From Octopus bimaculoides (Eukaryota): a DNA stretch of 64,000 nt. This document shows positions 36,861-49,030 of this stretch, one piece after another. The translations under genes and the position numbers were made by a program. Under the pieces are notes generated by a model that did no database searches, was not told where the DNA came from, and worked only from the letters and a program-made list of their open reading frames with translations. Numbering within the stretch: the stretch's first letter is position 1; every line of letters starts with the position of its first letter. Where the stretch lies: positions 25,070,398 through 25,134,397 of the forward strand of contig NC_068993.1 in the NCBI RefSeq assembly GCF_001194135.2. The letters are read 5' to 3'.

Positions 36861-38180
36861 ATGTAGGGCTTAACTAGAACTTTATTCTATTGACCCCCAA
36901 AAGATGAAAGCAAAGTTGAACATGGTGGGATTTGAATTTAGAACATAAGGAAATTATGCTTTTAGGACAATCCACTGAGGGTTATGGACCAAGCAATGAC
37001 AAATCTATCATTGGAAGTAAACCCAGGAATGATGGCTCTTTAGAAAATAACAAAATCAATAGCATATGGAAGTCAGAGAATACTATAATGCTAGTGGGAA
37101 CCTTTGAAGGCAAAAGATTAGCTCCAAGTATATTCTAAAGGAAAGGAAATTGACATAGACTTCACTAGGTTTTCGTAAAGCAAGATATTTTTTCATTGAG
37201 AAGGAGCCACAATTTTTGTCAAATTACATTTCTATATGTCCAGAAATAACCACCATGGTCTGAAACATTTTACTTAACTACATCATCCACCTTATCTGAG
37301 ATTGCCGTTGTTATTGAGCTGATCATTCGGTCACATTAGAGCTATCAAAGATTACGCGTCCTTCCTTCCTTTTTTAAGACGGTAGGAGCGTGATTTGAAG
37401 GAAACTGGCTACTACTTCCAGCAAATAAGAGACTACTTAGAGGTTTCCTGCAAGGGTTTTGATTATACGTATTGGATTTAACTTTGGACACCTAGATTTT
37501 GGAGATTGACTTTTATGTAGTGTTGTGTAAATTGGCGAAAGAAAATTGGGCTATGTTTGACTCGCAGAAGGTAACAGCTGAGCTGCGTGCACAAGCCTTC
37601 GAGTCAAAACGAAAGATTGCCCCAAAATATTTACTTAATTTCTTCCTATTTAATTCGGAAAATGCCCACCAGAATATTAAGACATAAAAATTGACATGTT
37701 GAAATATGTTTGTATTACGTGAACACGTCAATGCTTGTGTTTGTCTATACATGAACAGAAATCTACACCACGAGTATATACTGCAGTTGAACACAGGAAA
37801 ACACCAAACTTCACATAGTACTTCGTTATGATACAATACTAAATACACGTGTAAGCAGTACCAAAACACGGTATCTGTCACGAGACACCAAAATAAACAA
37901 GTCACACTAGAACATTCTCTAATTGTACCCAGTTACAAACAACAGAAGTTTTCTCGGCAAAGGTAAAGAATACGTACACCAGGTGGCTAGATTAGGGTTT
38001 TTGTTACGCTGAAAATAGGTGGTGTATATATTCTTTACCTCCGCCGTTTTCTCTGTAAAGAACATGAGAATGTTTCAATACAAGAAGTCTTTATGGCGAG
38101 TTTTGACAAAGTGCATATGACGTGTAAAGAAAGAACAAAGCTAAAAGACGTCATTATAGTATAAAGAAATTATTAGTTAC

Positions 38181-38258
38181 CGTTTTGACTAGAGGTAATT
38201 TAGCCTTTCCAACTAGATTCCATACAGTAGGATCGAGATGTTGCCGTACGTCAGCCAT
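38181..38258 (-). CDS. COMMD8: COMMD8 coding exon 1 (MADVRQHLDPTVWNLVGKAKLPLVKT)
   Basis: Strong start context caaaATGGCT and phase-0 donor ACG|GTAACT, compatible with exon 2. VWNLVGKAKLP resembles human LWRLQKLP. Lies in a CpG-richer, TE-poor patch. Linkage to exon 2 across 31.7 kb is an inference. Confidence 0.7.
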
Positions 38259-38272
38259 TTTGACAACAATGA

Positions 38273-38282
38273 ATCACGTGAC
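38273..38282. promoter_or_regulatory. E-box / CLEAR-like element TCACGTGA, 15 nt upstream of the COMMD8 ATG
   Basis: Minus strand GTCACGTGAT matches the CLEAR consensus GTCACGTGAC at 9 of 10 positions. Function is inferred. Confidence 0.4.
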
Positions 38283-39209
38283 AATAATTAGAGTAACCAG
38301 GGTGTGGGTGTGGCTTTGTTTTCTTCACTCGGTAGGCAAGTTAGACTTGCCATTTCCTGTAACCGCTATTTCTTTTGCAGACATTGTGGAGTTAGAAATA
38401 TCCTATATATATATGATATATATATATATATATATATATGATATATAACCACCACTTCCCACTTTATCTATTTATTTATTTTATCAATGCCGGTATTACT
38501 GTCACAGTCAATTATTATTTGCGAAGGATTGTGCTGTTATTTCTAGCTAGCTGTACGAGCATATAGAGCAGATATTTTCAACCACTGCTAAGTATGATTT
38601 ACTGGTGCCACGAATCGGAAAATTCTAAGATATTTAGAAAACTCTAATGTTTTTAAAACACCACACAGAAGCATGCGTATTTATTTTCGGCAAATTGCAA
38701 TGCATACGCCCATCTGTTTGATTTTATCTTCATTTATATAATAAAAAACAAAACAAAAAAATATGGTTTAAAAGGGCTAATGATGCGATATGACACGTAG
38801 CACCTTATTCAGTGTGTCGTGGAGGAAAAGCTAAAATTGCTGATTCGGAAGTTGGTTCGTAGTTGTTAGTGTATGAGCATGTATACAGGTAATGTAAATG
38901 GTTTCTTTGTCTGGCCATGTGACAGAGTATATGCATGTATTGGGGGCGTTTCTTAGTATATATGTTTGAGCCTGGTTTCTGTTGTTTTTTGCTAGTGTAT
39001 ACACAGAGCATGTGCATATAGAGGCAACGCACTCGTTAAGACAAGAATACTTACTCGTGCACATTTAGACATGTATTAAAGCATAGTTACAAACACCGTA
39101 CACTCAATTATTATATAATATAGACACATATATAGTGTACATATATGCTCATATGGGACGATAAACGACCGGAAAGCCTTTAATTATGTTTATTCCATCA
39201 GGGTTAACC

Positions 39210-39410
39210 AGAGATGGCAGAAACGTTAGCACGCCGGGCAAAATGCTTAGCAGTATTTTGCCTGTCTTTACGTTCTGAGTTCAAATTCCACCGAGCTCGA
39301 CGTTGCCTTTCATCCTTTCGGGGCCGATAAATTAAGTACCAGTTGCATACTGGAGTCGATCTAATCGACTGGCCCCCACCTCAAAAATTTCGGGTCTTGT
39401 AGGCACCGGT
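39210..39410 (+). mobile_element. SINE family B
   Basis: Same head and Meta-like core as 3813-4051. Confidence 0.8.
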
Positions 39411-40276
39411 CCCAATAGTATTTACTGGACACAATAGCACTCATTGGGACTAACAGAAGACTACAACGTACATAGGTCAGAATTGGGTTCCACAGATCTG
39501 TAGAGCCCCTAGGCAACTGCCGAGTGTGCCCATGCCTTAAGACGGCTTTACATGTAGTATTTAGTTGTGGCCACTTACATTCGAAGTTCAAATCTCGCTG
39601 AGATAGAAAAACTGCACGTCAGTCAATAACTGAACAGATTTCTATAATCAATATATCAAAGACTTGAATGAAATTATAGTAGAAGACCACAACTGAGTCT
39701 TCCGAACATTTCTCATTCTTTCGTTCTCTCAATATACACTATAGTTGATTGGCTAAACTATATACCAATGAAATCACTTTACTATAGTTTTTCTTTTTCC
39801 GTCTTTCACACCGTTCCACGTTTGTTATTGTTTTATATATATATATTCTCACTCAATTTACTTTTTTCCTATCCTGCCTTCGCCGTTTCTATCTCTATTT
39901 TCTCACTCATTCATTGCTCTCGTTATTCCACTTTTTGTTCCATTCTGTTCTCTTTCTGCCACTTATATTTATCCTCCCCCCACCTTACTCTCTCACAACT
40001 CTACTGCTTCACATCCCCGCCACTTTAGCTGAGACACGTCATGACATGTAGAACAACAACAACACTTAGCAGCGGTACTTCCTACTACTGTGTGTGAGTA
40101 GATCGATCGTAGCTACGAACGCTGCAATAGTCACTGTTGTGATTTCCGGGACTCTGGGATAAACAAAAGGAAAACTAGCCAAGTATTGAACTATAATCGG
40201 CACGTGTTCCAGTAGTTCGTTGTTGGAAAACAGGGAAGTTCGAATTGTCACGAGAAACTTTATCCTTCGTCCTTCT

Positions 40277-40308
<32 letters not shown>

Positions 40309-41513
40309 CACCAATTATTGAAGTACGGCCGTGCTGGAGCTCCATACTAATTTTTCTGTTCTTCGTTAACGAACGTTTTGATATAAATGCTGAAACGAAA
40401 ATTACAACATAAATGAAAATGAATTTATTTTAGACAATAAGAAATTTGTTTTCATCTTGGTGAACAGTCAATATAAATAACAACAATATCATCGAAAAAA
40501 GTCCATTCAAAACTATTTGAACTCGCTAAGAAGAGGAAACTAAAGCAGAAGTAAGAAGCCAGGAAGTGGAATGTTTTCCCATTTACTTCGCACAACTTTG
40601 TGTTCAATGATGAAAATATGCTGAAGTGTGCAGTTAGAGATTATGAATCTAATGAGCTATGTGACATCTATTCTTTACACGAGCTGACTGCAGAAATGGA
40701 TTGGAAGTGACCACACCGGACAATGTATGCTATCTGTTGATCCGTTCACCGCTGTCGAAATGAAGAACTGTAGAATCGCTAATTTCAATGGAAGGATTTC
40801 CAAATGTTCGGAGTATCAGAGATGACAAGATGGTCAGGTTGGAAATTACCTAAATACTAAAGAGTAAAAAGAATACGCACGCTTTAAGTGCGGAAATCTT
40901 ACACAATCTCGAAAACCTGTTTTCATTGTTACCCACTTAACGCCATCCACTACTTCGTAGGTAATAAGTTTCGTGTTATTGGGGATACTTGCTAAAAACG
41001 TCTGCCAGTAGTCATATGCTTGTCCCAAAGCTTAAACCATGCAACTGTACTTGTATTAATATTATCTTTGGAATCGTAAAAAATCTGTTGCCGAATAGTT
41101 AAATAGTTAATTCCAGCACAAATTGTTGATCTGATCCAATCTTCGATTATAGCAGGTGTTTATATATATATATAGTTTTACACTCCACAATTATTTTTAC
41201 ATACCATTCTCTTATTAATTATCAATAGTTATATCATTGTATATTATATTATAACTATTACTACTATAAATTAAAGAAAACGTTAAGGCAAATCCCATGT
41301 GTATTCCTTCTTTACTTGCGGATTAGCTTGTCAAACTATTTATTACCTGTTAGAAACAACACGTTGACAAATAGCCCTTTAAATACTTCATAATTATTAA
41401 GGGTTTAATGTGATTACTTTTCGAATATGATTATGTTTCACGCATAAGATATATTTAACGTATCAACAATGGTTGAAAATTTATTTAGTTGATTTTATAT
41501 GTAACTGCGCTCG

Positions 41514-41556
<43 letters not shown>

Positions 41557-41571
41557 ACCAATATGTGTTTA

Positions 41572-41960
41572 ATGAACTTTTTCTCGCGTCTTCTTCTAAG
41601 CTCATCTCCTCGGCGCACCAATCGCCGTATTGTCCCCAATCACACTATAAACATACGTCTTTCCGATAAAGACCACCCCAATCATGCTTATAAAACCAAC
41701 AAAATAAAAACTACCAAATATAGCATTTTAACGTTTTTACCTAAAAATCTTTTTGAACAGTTCCACCGTTTGGCTAACATTTTTTTCATATTTGTGGTGA
41801 TTCTAAATTGGATTCCACAGGTACAGGCTTTCGGTAAAGAAATAGCCATGGTACCTGTGATATTTGTTCTTGGAGTAACTGCTGTTAAAGACATATTTGA
41901 AGATTTCCGGAGAGGATTATCAGACAGACAGATCAACCAGAACACGTGTCGAGTTTTGGG
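41572..41960 (+). CDS. ATP10: Class-5 P4-ATPase (ATP10A/B/D-like phospholipid flippase), first large coding exon; start uncertain
   Basis: RIVPNH...YKTNKIKTTKYSILTFLPKNLFEQFHRLANIFFIFVVILNWIPQVQAFGKEIAMVPVIFVLGVTAVKDIFEDFRR...DRQINQNTCRVL. LNWxP and AFxKE are ATP10 hallmarks. Phase-2 donor GG|GTATGT at 41960/41961. Confidence 0.9.
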
Positions 41961-42440
41961 GTATGTAATTAATTTGTCCTTTATTTTATTGTATTTTTTA
42001 AAGTGTTTACAAGTGTCGTTGCATTACTACTGAAAATTTCTTATCTCAGCACTTCTGAAAGATTTTACCACATGCTAAAATAACAAATATTGGGTAAATT
42101 TCTTTTTCTATTGTCGATGCCGTACCTTCAACGACACCTTGTTCACCTGTGATAATTGGTTACCACTAGCTACCAGTGACTGTTTAGCAGTGACAATTAG
42201 CTCGCTGCACAAGTCGGAATTATGTAAATCCAGTGAGAAGTGTGTATGTGGTGGGGCTTTCAGCCAACTTGAAAACTTAGATGAGTACGAGAAATTTGTA
42301 TGAATGCCAAAAGTGAAAATAAATAAATAAGGATTTTAAAATTAAAACAAATGAAGAAAATAATCAATAGCATTGCCTTATCACAGAACTATTTAGTTTC
42401 TTTTGTTCCACATTCTTGGCAATGATACCTATGAATTTTC

Positions 42441-42631
42441 GGTAATTTTTCAGATTAACACCCGCACGATCTTCACTAGGCGGTTAGGGTTTTAGGGTCA
42501 GGGTTAGGGTTTTAGGGTTACGGTTAGTGACGGAATTCCCTAACCCTAAACCCTAACCCTAACCCTGACCCTAAAACCCTAACCCTAACACCCTAGTGAA
42601 GATCGTGCGGGTGTTAATCTGAAAAATTACC
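42441..42631. mobile_element. 191-bp palindromic MITE with telomere-like repeats and 8-bp TSD (Merlin-like termini)
   Basis: TSD GAATTTTC at 42433-42440 and 42632-42639. Ends GGTAA.../...TTACC; outer 40 bp of the arms are perfectly complementary; inner arms are (TTAGGG)-like and (CCCTAA)-like. Confidence 0.85.
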
Positions 42632-43597
42632 GAATTTTCTTCTAAAGTGTGAAAACAATTTTTATGCTATATAATATTAAGAAACTGCAAATGTCACACT
42701 TTAACCGACCGATCTCTTTTGTATACTTCAATATATGCCTTATATAAATGAAGTATTTCATTCTGGGATAGGTATTCCAGACGTGTTATATTTATATAAT
42801 ATTTTACCAGCGAATAGCTGATTCATCATCCTTTTGTTAGGACAGCAGATTATTTAGCTCACGTTAACTTTTCTGCAGGATGCCTTATTTCTCAGCTAAG
42901 TCAAATATGACAAGCGCTCATCTCTGAAAGTTTAACATATCAAGTAGGCTCAAGCATGGCTGTGGTTAAATGTTCGCTTCATAACCTCGTGGTTCTAGGC
43001 TCGATATATCTTCTATTATAGTTTATTGTTGAAATTTGGTAGACGTAAACTGTAGACAACTGTGTGGATATGAGTGTTTTTGCATGTGTAACACACAACA
43101 CACACACACATCACATATATATGGGGAGAGAAAGAGTGAGTGTGTGTGTGTCAGTAATGTTTACACGTGACCTTATATTTCTTAACCTAGCAACTAGACA
43201 ATTAAAGATCAATAAAATAAATGCCTGACTGAAATAAGTTGCGGGATCTCGATGTGATCGATCATTGATTGGAGAAGGATTCGCAGTAGCCTTGAATCAT
43301 TGGATGATAGTTCAATGAATGAAACCAGCAAAAAGCAGAAATGAAACTTGTGATATCATGTACCAAGTATTCTTGATACAAACTCTTATTCTAGAATCTA
43401 TTCTATATACTTTTCTGCTTTGTCAATTTAAAGGACTCTTGAATAAACTCATTTAAAATGTCAAAAACTGTTGTACGGAATATACACTGTACATGTCTAA
43501 ATTTCATTAACCAGAAAATATCTTATGAAACTTTAAGAGCCTTTTTTTCTTTGGAGTCTACCCCGATTCCTTGATTTGTAGCTTCATTATATATAGA

Positions 43598-43810
43598 TAT
43601 CGGTTTCAAATTTTGGCGTAAGGCCAGCAATTTTGAGGGACGAAGTCGATCACAACAGTCCCAGTACTCAACTGATACTTATTTTTATCGACCCCAAAAG
43701 AATGAAAGGTAACACTGACCTTCTTAGAATTTGAACTCATAACGCAAAGACAGATGAAATGGTGCTAAGTATTTTACCCAGCATGCTAACGATTCTGCCA
43801 GTTTGCCACA
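43598..43810 (-). mobile_element. SINE family B (diverged)
   Basis: Reverse complement of the ggcagaatcgttagcatgctggg head and tttcattcttttggggtcgataaaaataagta core. Confidence 0.7.
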
Positions 43811-43832
43811 ATGTTTGTATATGCATGTTTTT

Positions 43833-43874
<42 letters not shown>

Positions 43875-43878
43875 TCCT

Positions 43879-43929
<51 letters not shown>

Positions 43930-45745
43930 CCAGGTAAATATGTACCTCCTCTACAGCAAGACATCTGTTTCTGTCTCACTGTTTCACCATAACCTTTCAT
44001 CATGTGGCATAAGATCACCTCCTCCAATTCCACCTCCCCTTTCAAAGGATATTTGTCCAGCAAATTATTTGGTGACCCTGTCAGTGCAGGTGCCACTTAA
44101 AAAGCATTCAGTCCACACTATAAAATGGTTGGTGTTTGAAAGAGCATCCAGCTGTTAAAACCTTGCCAAAACTGGCCTTGCTTGTCTTTGCACCATGTAA
44201 AGAGCACTCAGTCCACTCTGCTGAGTGGTTGGTGTTAGGAAGGGCACCAGTCAGAAAAACCATGCCAAACCAAACACAGGTGTCTGGTGCAGGTTCCTGC
44301 TTGGCTGGTGCCTGCTTGACCAGCTTCTGCTAGGTTGGCTCCTATTAAACTGTCCAACCCATAGCAACATGAAGAGTGGGTTTTAAACAATGATGATTAC
44401 ATATATATATATATATGATATAATATATATATATATGATATAATATATATATATATATGATATAATATATATATATATATGATATAATATATATATATAT
44501 ATATGATATTATATATATATATATATATGATATGATATATATATATATGATATGATATATNNNNNNNNNNNNNNNNNNNNNNNNNNNNNNNNNNNNNNNN
44601 NNNNNNNNNNNNNNNNNNNNNNNNNNNNNNNNNNNNNNNNNNNNNNNNNNNNNNNNNNNNTGTGCATACTTGACAGTGTAAGTACCTTGAAAGAAAAGTT
44701 GGACCTAAGAGAGACGACTGCGCTGGAATGGTCATGTGGTAAGAATGGATGAGGATAGCTGTCTGAAAAAGTGCCACACCCTAGCGGTTGAGGGAACCTG
44801 TGGAAGAGGTAGANNNNNNNNNNATATATATATATATATATATGAATGATATAATACATGATATGATATATATGTATATATATATATATGATATATATTA
44901 TTATTTATATATATGTGTGTAATATCAGTGTGCATACTTGACAGTGTAAGTACCTTGAAAGAAAAGTTGGACCTAAGAGAGACGACTGCGCTGGAATGGT
45001 CATGTGGTAAGAATGGATGAGGATAGCTGTCTGAAAAAGTGCCACACCCTAGCGGTTGAGGGAACCTGTGGAAGAGGTAGACCCAGGAAAACCTGGGATG
45101 AGGTGGTGAAGCACAACCTTCGAACATTAGGCCTCACCGAGGCAATGACTTGAGACTGAGACCTCTGGAAATATGCAGTGCATGAGAAGACCCGGTAAGC
45201 CAAGTGAGACCATAATCTGAGGCCTCTGCCAGGGGTGTAGCCAGCCCACTTATGCGTACCTTTCCTTCATTGGACATTAAACTCTGTTTGCGAAGATCTG
45301 TTGAGGCAAATGAAATCAATCCAAATTTGGCGACTGGCACCCATGCCAGCGTCGTCTCCTTCAATGGATACTAAACTCGGCATGCGAAGACCTGTCGGAG
45401 CAAGTGAAATCGAAATCATGATTGAACCAAATTCGATGACTGGCACCTGTGCCAGTGGAGCTCTAAGAGCACTGTCTGAGCGTGATCATTGCCAGAGCAG
45501 CTGTCTGGCTTCCATGCCAGTGGTCTGTAAATAGCACTATTTGAGCATGATCGTTACCAGTGTCGCGTTACTGGCACTTGTGCTGGTGGCACGTGAAAAA
45601 ACATTCAACCGTAGTCATAGCCAGTGCCACTGGACTGGCTCCTGTGCAGGTGGCACATAAAAAACACCATTATGAGCGTGGCCGTTGCCAGTACCGCCTG
45701 AGTGGCACGTAAAAGCACCCACTACACTCTCAGAGTGGTTGGCTC
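43930..45745 (+). mobile_element. RTE-type LINE fragments (3' UTR and tail 43930-44400; RT C-terminus and 3' UTR 44661-45745)
   Basis: STLKEKLDLR..GRGRPRKTW homology and family 3' UTR, interrupted by (TA)n and gaps. Confidence 0.75.
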
Positions 45746-46155
45746 CTTGTCTACGTGCATGCAAAGGCACATAGACAGGGAGCAGAAAGGAACGGCCAGC
45801 ATCTACTAGATTCAAAATAGCCAATTGCATTTGTTAGCATCAAAGTCAAAGATTTACTTACAGAGACAGTGAATATATATCACTTCAGGAGATACGACTG
45901 GATTCCATTATACAGGTAAACTGTTGCTTAATTTAAATCATATGTTTATGTGGATCTATGTTGTATCAAAATGTACTCCTTCCTGTTGACTTTATTTATT
46001 CAATTTATATAAATGATATATAAATTCTTACAGATATAGGGTAAAAATTAATAATAAATTAATAATTAGTAATCTTACCAAGTAGTTCGGTGTGTTAAAA
46101 AATCATTATCGGCAAACTTATACAAAAGTTTTATAATTATAAGCATAATTATAAT

Positions 46156-46449
46156 TAGGGTTCAGCAAAAATTGCTTCACTACACACCGAAAATTAGAAA
46201 TAGCAGTCAAAACTACTATTTCACTACCAAAATATGTCTTCCAGACAGCAACACTCGCAACTAAAACACAGGCAAAAGAGAAAAAATAACGAACTTACTT
46301 TGATTAAGCCGGGTAGGTTCGTTATTTTTTTCTTTTTTGCCTGTGAGTGAGTGTTGCTGTCTGGGAGATATATTTTGGCAGTGAAATAGTAGTTTTTACT
46401 GCTATTTCTAATTTTCGGTGTGTGGTGAAGCAATTCTTGCTGAACCCTA
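46156..46449. mobile_element. hAT-type palindromic MITE
   Basis: TAGGGTTCAGC...GCTGAACCCTA, arms about 140 bp. 8-bp flanks ATTATAAT / ATTTTAAT (1 mismatch). Confidence 0.75.
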
Positions 46450-46814
46450 ATTTTAATTATATGTATGATATATATNNNNNNNNNNNNNNNNNNNNNNNNN
46501 NNNNNNNNNNNNNNNNNNNNNNNNNNNNNNNNNNNNNNNNNNNNNNNNNNNNNNNNNNNNNNNNNNNNNNNNNNNNNNNNNNNNNNNNNNNNNNNNNNNN
46601 NNNNNNNNNNNNNNNNNNNNNNNNNNNNNNNNNNNNNNNNNNNNNNNNNNNNNNNNNNNNNNNNNNNNNNNNNNNNTTATATATACATATGTGATATATA
46701 TATATATATATTTATATATACATATGTAATATATATATATATATATTTATATATACATATGTGATATATATATATATTTATATATACATATGTGATATAT
46801 ATATATATATATAT

Positions 46815-48145
46815 ATCATCACCATCATCATTTAACATCCGCTTTCCATGCTAGCATTGGTTAGACAATTTTACTGAGGACTGGCAAGTTAGAAGGCTGC
46901 ACCAGGCTCCAATCTGATTTGGCAGAGTTTCTATAGCTGGATGCCCTTCCTAATGCCAACCACTCCGAGAGTGTAGTGGGTGCTTTTACGTGCCACCGAC
47001 ACGAGGGCCAGTCACACAGTACTGGCAACGGCCACGCTCAAAAGGTGTTTTTTACGTGCCACCTGCACAGGAGCCACTCCAGCGGCACTGGCAATGACCT
47101 CACTCGAATGATTTTCTAACGTGCCACTAGCACGAAACAAGACAGCTGCTCTGGCAATGAACATGCTCGACAGTGCTGTTAGTGCTCCACTGGTGCGGTG
47201 ACCAGTCATCGAGTATGGTTCAATTTCGATTTCACTTGCTCCAACAGGTCTTCGCAAGCAGAGTTTATTGTCCAATGAAGGAAAGGTTGGCATGGACACC
47301 AGTCATCGGATTCGGTTCAATTTCGATTTCAGATTCAAATTTCAAATTCCAAATTCACTTGCCTCAACAGGTCTTCGCAAGCAGGGTTTTTAGTGTCCAA
47401 TGAAGTAAAGATACAGATTAGTGAGCTGGCTACACTTCTGGCAGAGATCACAGATTATGCTCTCACTCGCTTTGCCGGGTCTTCTAATGTACTGCATATT
47501 TCCAAAGGTCCCGGTCACTGGTCAAGGCCTCGGTGAGGCCTTAGGTTCGAAGGTCGTGCTTCACCACCTCATCCCTGGTCTTCCTGGGTCTACCTCTTCC
47601 ACAGGTTTCCTCAACTGCTAGGGTGTGGCACTTTTTCACACAGCTATCCTCATCCATTTTTGCCACATGTCCATACCAGCACAATCATCTCTCTTGCACA
47701 CCACAACTGATGCTTCTTATGTCTAACTTTTCTCTCAAAGCACTTACACTCTGTCGAGTATGCACACTTACATTACACATCCATCGGAGCATACTGGCTT
47801 TGTTTCTTGCAAGCTTACGCATGTCCTCAGCAGTCACGGTCCATGTTTCACTGCCATGTAGCATGGCTGTTCGTACACATGCATCATACAGTCTGCCTTT
47901 TACTCTGAGTGAGAGGCCCTTTGTCACCAGCAGAGGTAAGAGCTCTCTAAACTTTGCCCAGGCTATTCTTATTCTAGCAGCTACACTTTCAGTGCACCCT
48001 CCCCTGCTACAAACTTGGTCACCTAGGTAGCAGAAGCTATCAACTACTTCTAGTTTTTCACCCTAGAGTGTGGTAAAGGTTGTTTTCTGCACATTCTCAG
48101 TGTTTATTGCTCCTGAACATCTGTCACATACAAAAACTATTTTGC
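46815..48145 (-). mobile_element. 5'-truncated RTE LINE
   Basis: MTKGLSLRVKGRLYDACVRTAMLHGSETW... plus 3' UTR and (CAT)n tail. Confidence 0.9.
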
Positions 48146-48494
48146 CTAGCACGCATAAGGCAGTTACCCCCATATTCTCCTATATACACACACTAAGGGC
48201 CTCTGGTACTCAACAATATTCTGCCAGAGTTTGGATCAGTTATTGTCTACTTATCTACCCATAAATAGAATGCTTCTTAGCATGTATATACACATAAGGA
48301 TAGTTATTTACTATTATTTTTATCTGCATATAGACTTCTTAAAAGTCCATTCATTAACTCTTATAACCCTTGTATTGATATTTACACTCCATCTATATAA
48401 GTGTATATGTGTATATACATATATGTATGCATGTATATGGATATGGAGAGATATACATAGTATGCGTGTGTGTGGGTGTACGTATGCATGCGCG

Positions 48495-48720
48495 CCCTAG
48501 CCTCTTGACCAGTTGGTGTCTACCCAACCGTAGCTAAGCCTAGATAGTTTCAAACAATAGCTGTCCATTTAGATGGGAGGAATTAACTGTAGAAATTAAC
48601 CCTCCCCAAATAGCAGCAGAAACTTTTACCCACTGGAAGAAGTAACAGGATATCCTACACCGCAAAGTTAGAAAGTTTGACATATTATTATTATTGTTGT
48701 TGTTGTTGTTGTTATCATCA
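48495..48720 (+). mobile_element. Possible CR1/L2-type LINE 3' end
   Basis: LVSTQP*LSLDSFKQ*LS resembles the CR1/L2 RT C-terminus and is followed by a microsatellite tail. Confidence 0.4.
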
Positions 48721-49030
48721 TAATCATCATTATCACTGTTATTGCTACTAGAATATTAATAACTCGTATGAAATGAACTTCCACATAAACTCATCCAAAA
48801 TATATAGAACTGACACACACACACTCAGCAAAAAAGTTTTTTAAAAAAACATAAACAGCCTTCGAAACACAGTGGATAGCGTTGGTACCAGAGACCATGT
48901 ACATAAGAGAATGCCTGTGTATACATATTTGTATATGTATACGTATGTGTGAGCGGATAGATGGATATAGACACACATGTGTACTCACATATATATATGA
49001 TCTTGAATCATTGAACATCTGAGTATAGTT

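Noticed and set aside
42480-42595. (TTAGGG)n-(CCCTAA)n head-to-head junction as a telomere-telomere fusion scar
   Set aside because: It is enclosed by perfect non-telomeric inverted arms and an 8-bp TSD, so it is the interior of a MITE.
44661-45081. 153-bp direct duplication (44661-44813 versus 44929-45081)
   Set aside because: Identical copies separated by small N gaps and (TA)n; most likely a scaffolding or gap-filling artefact.
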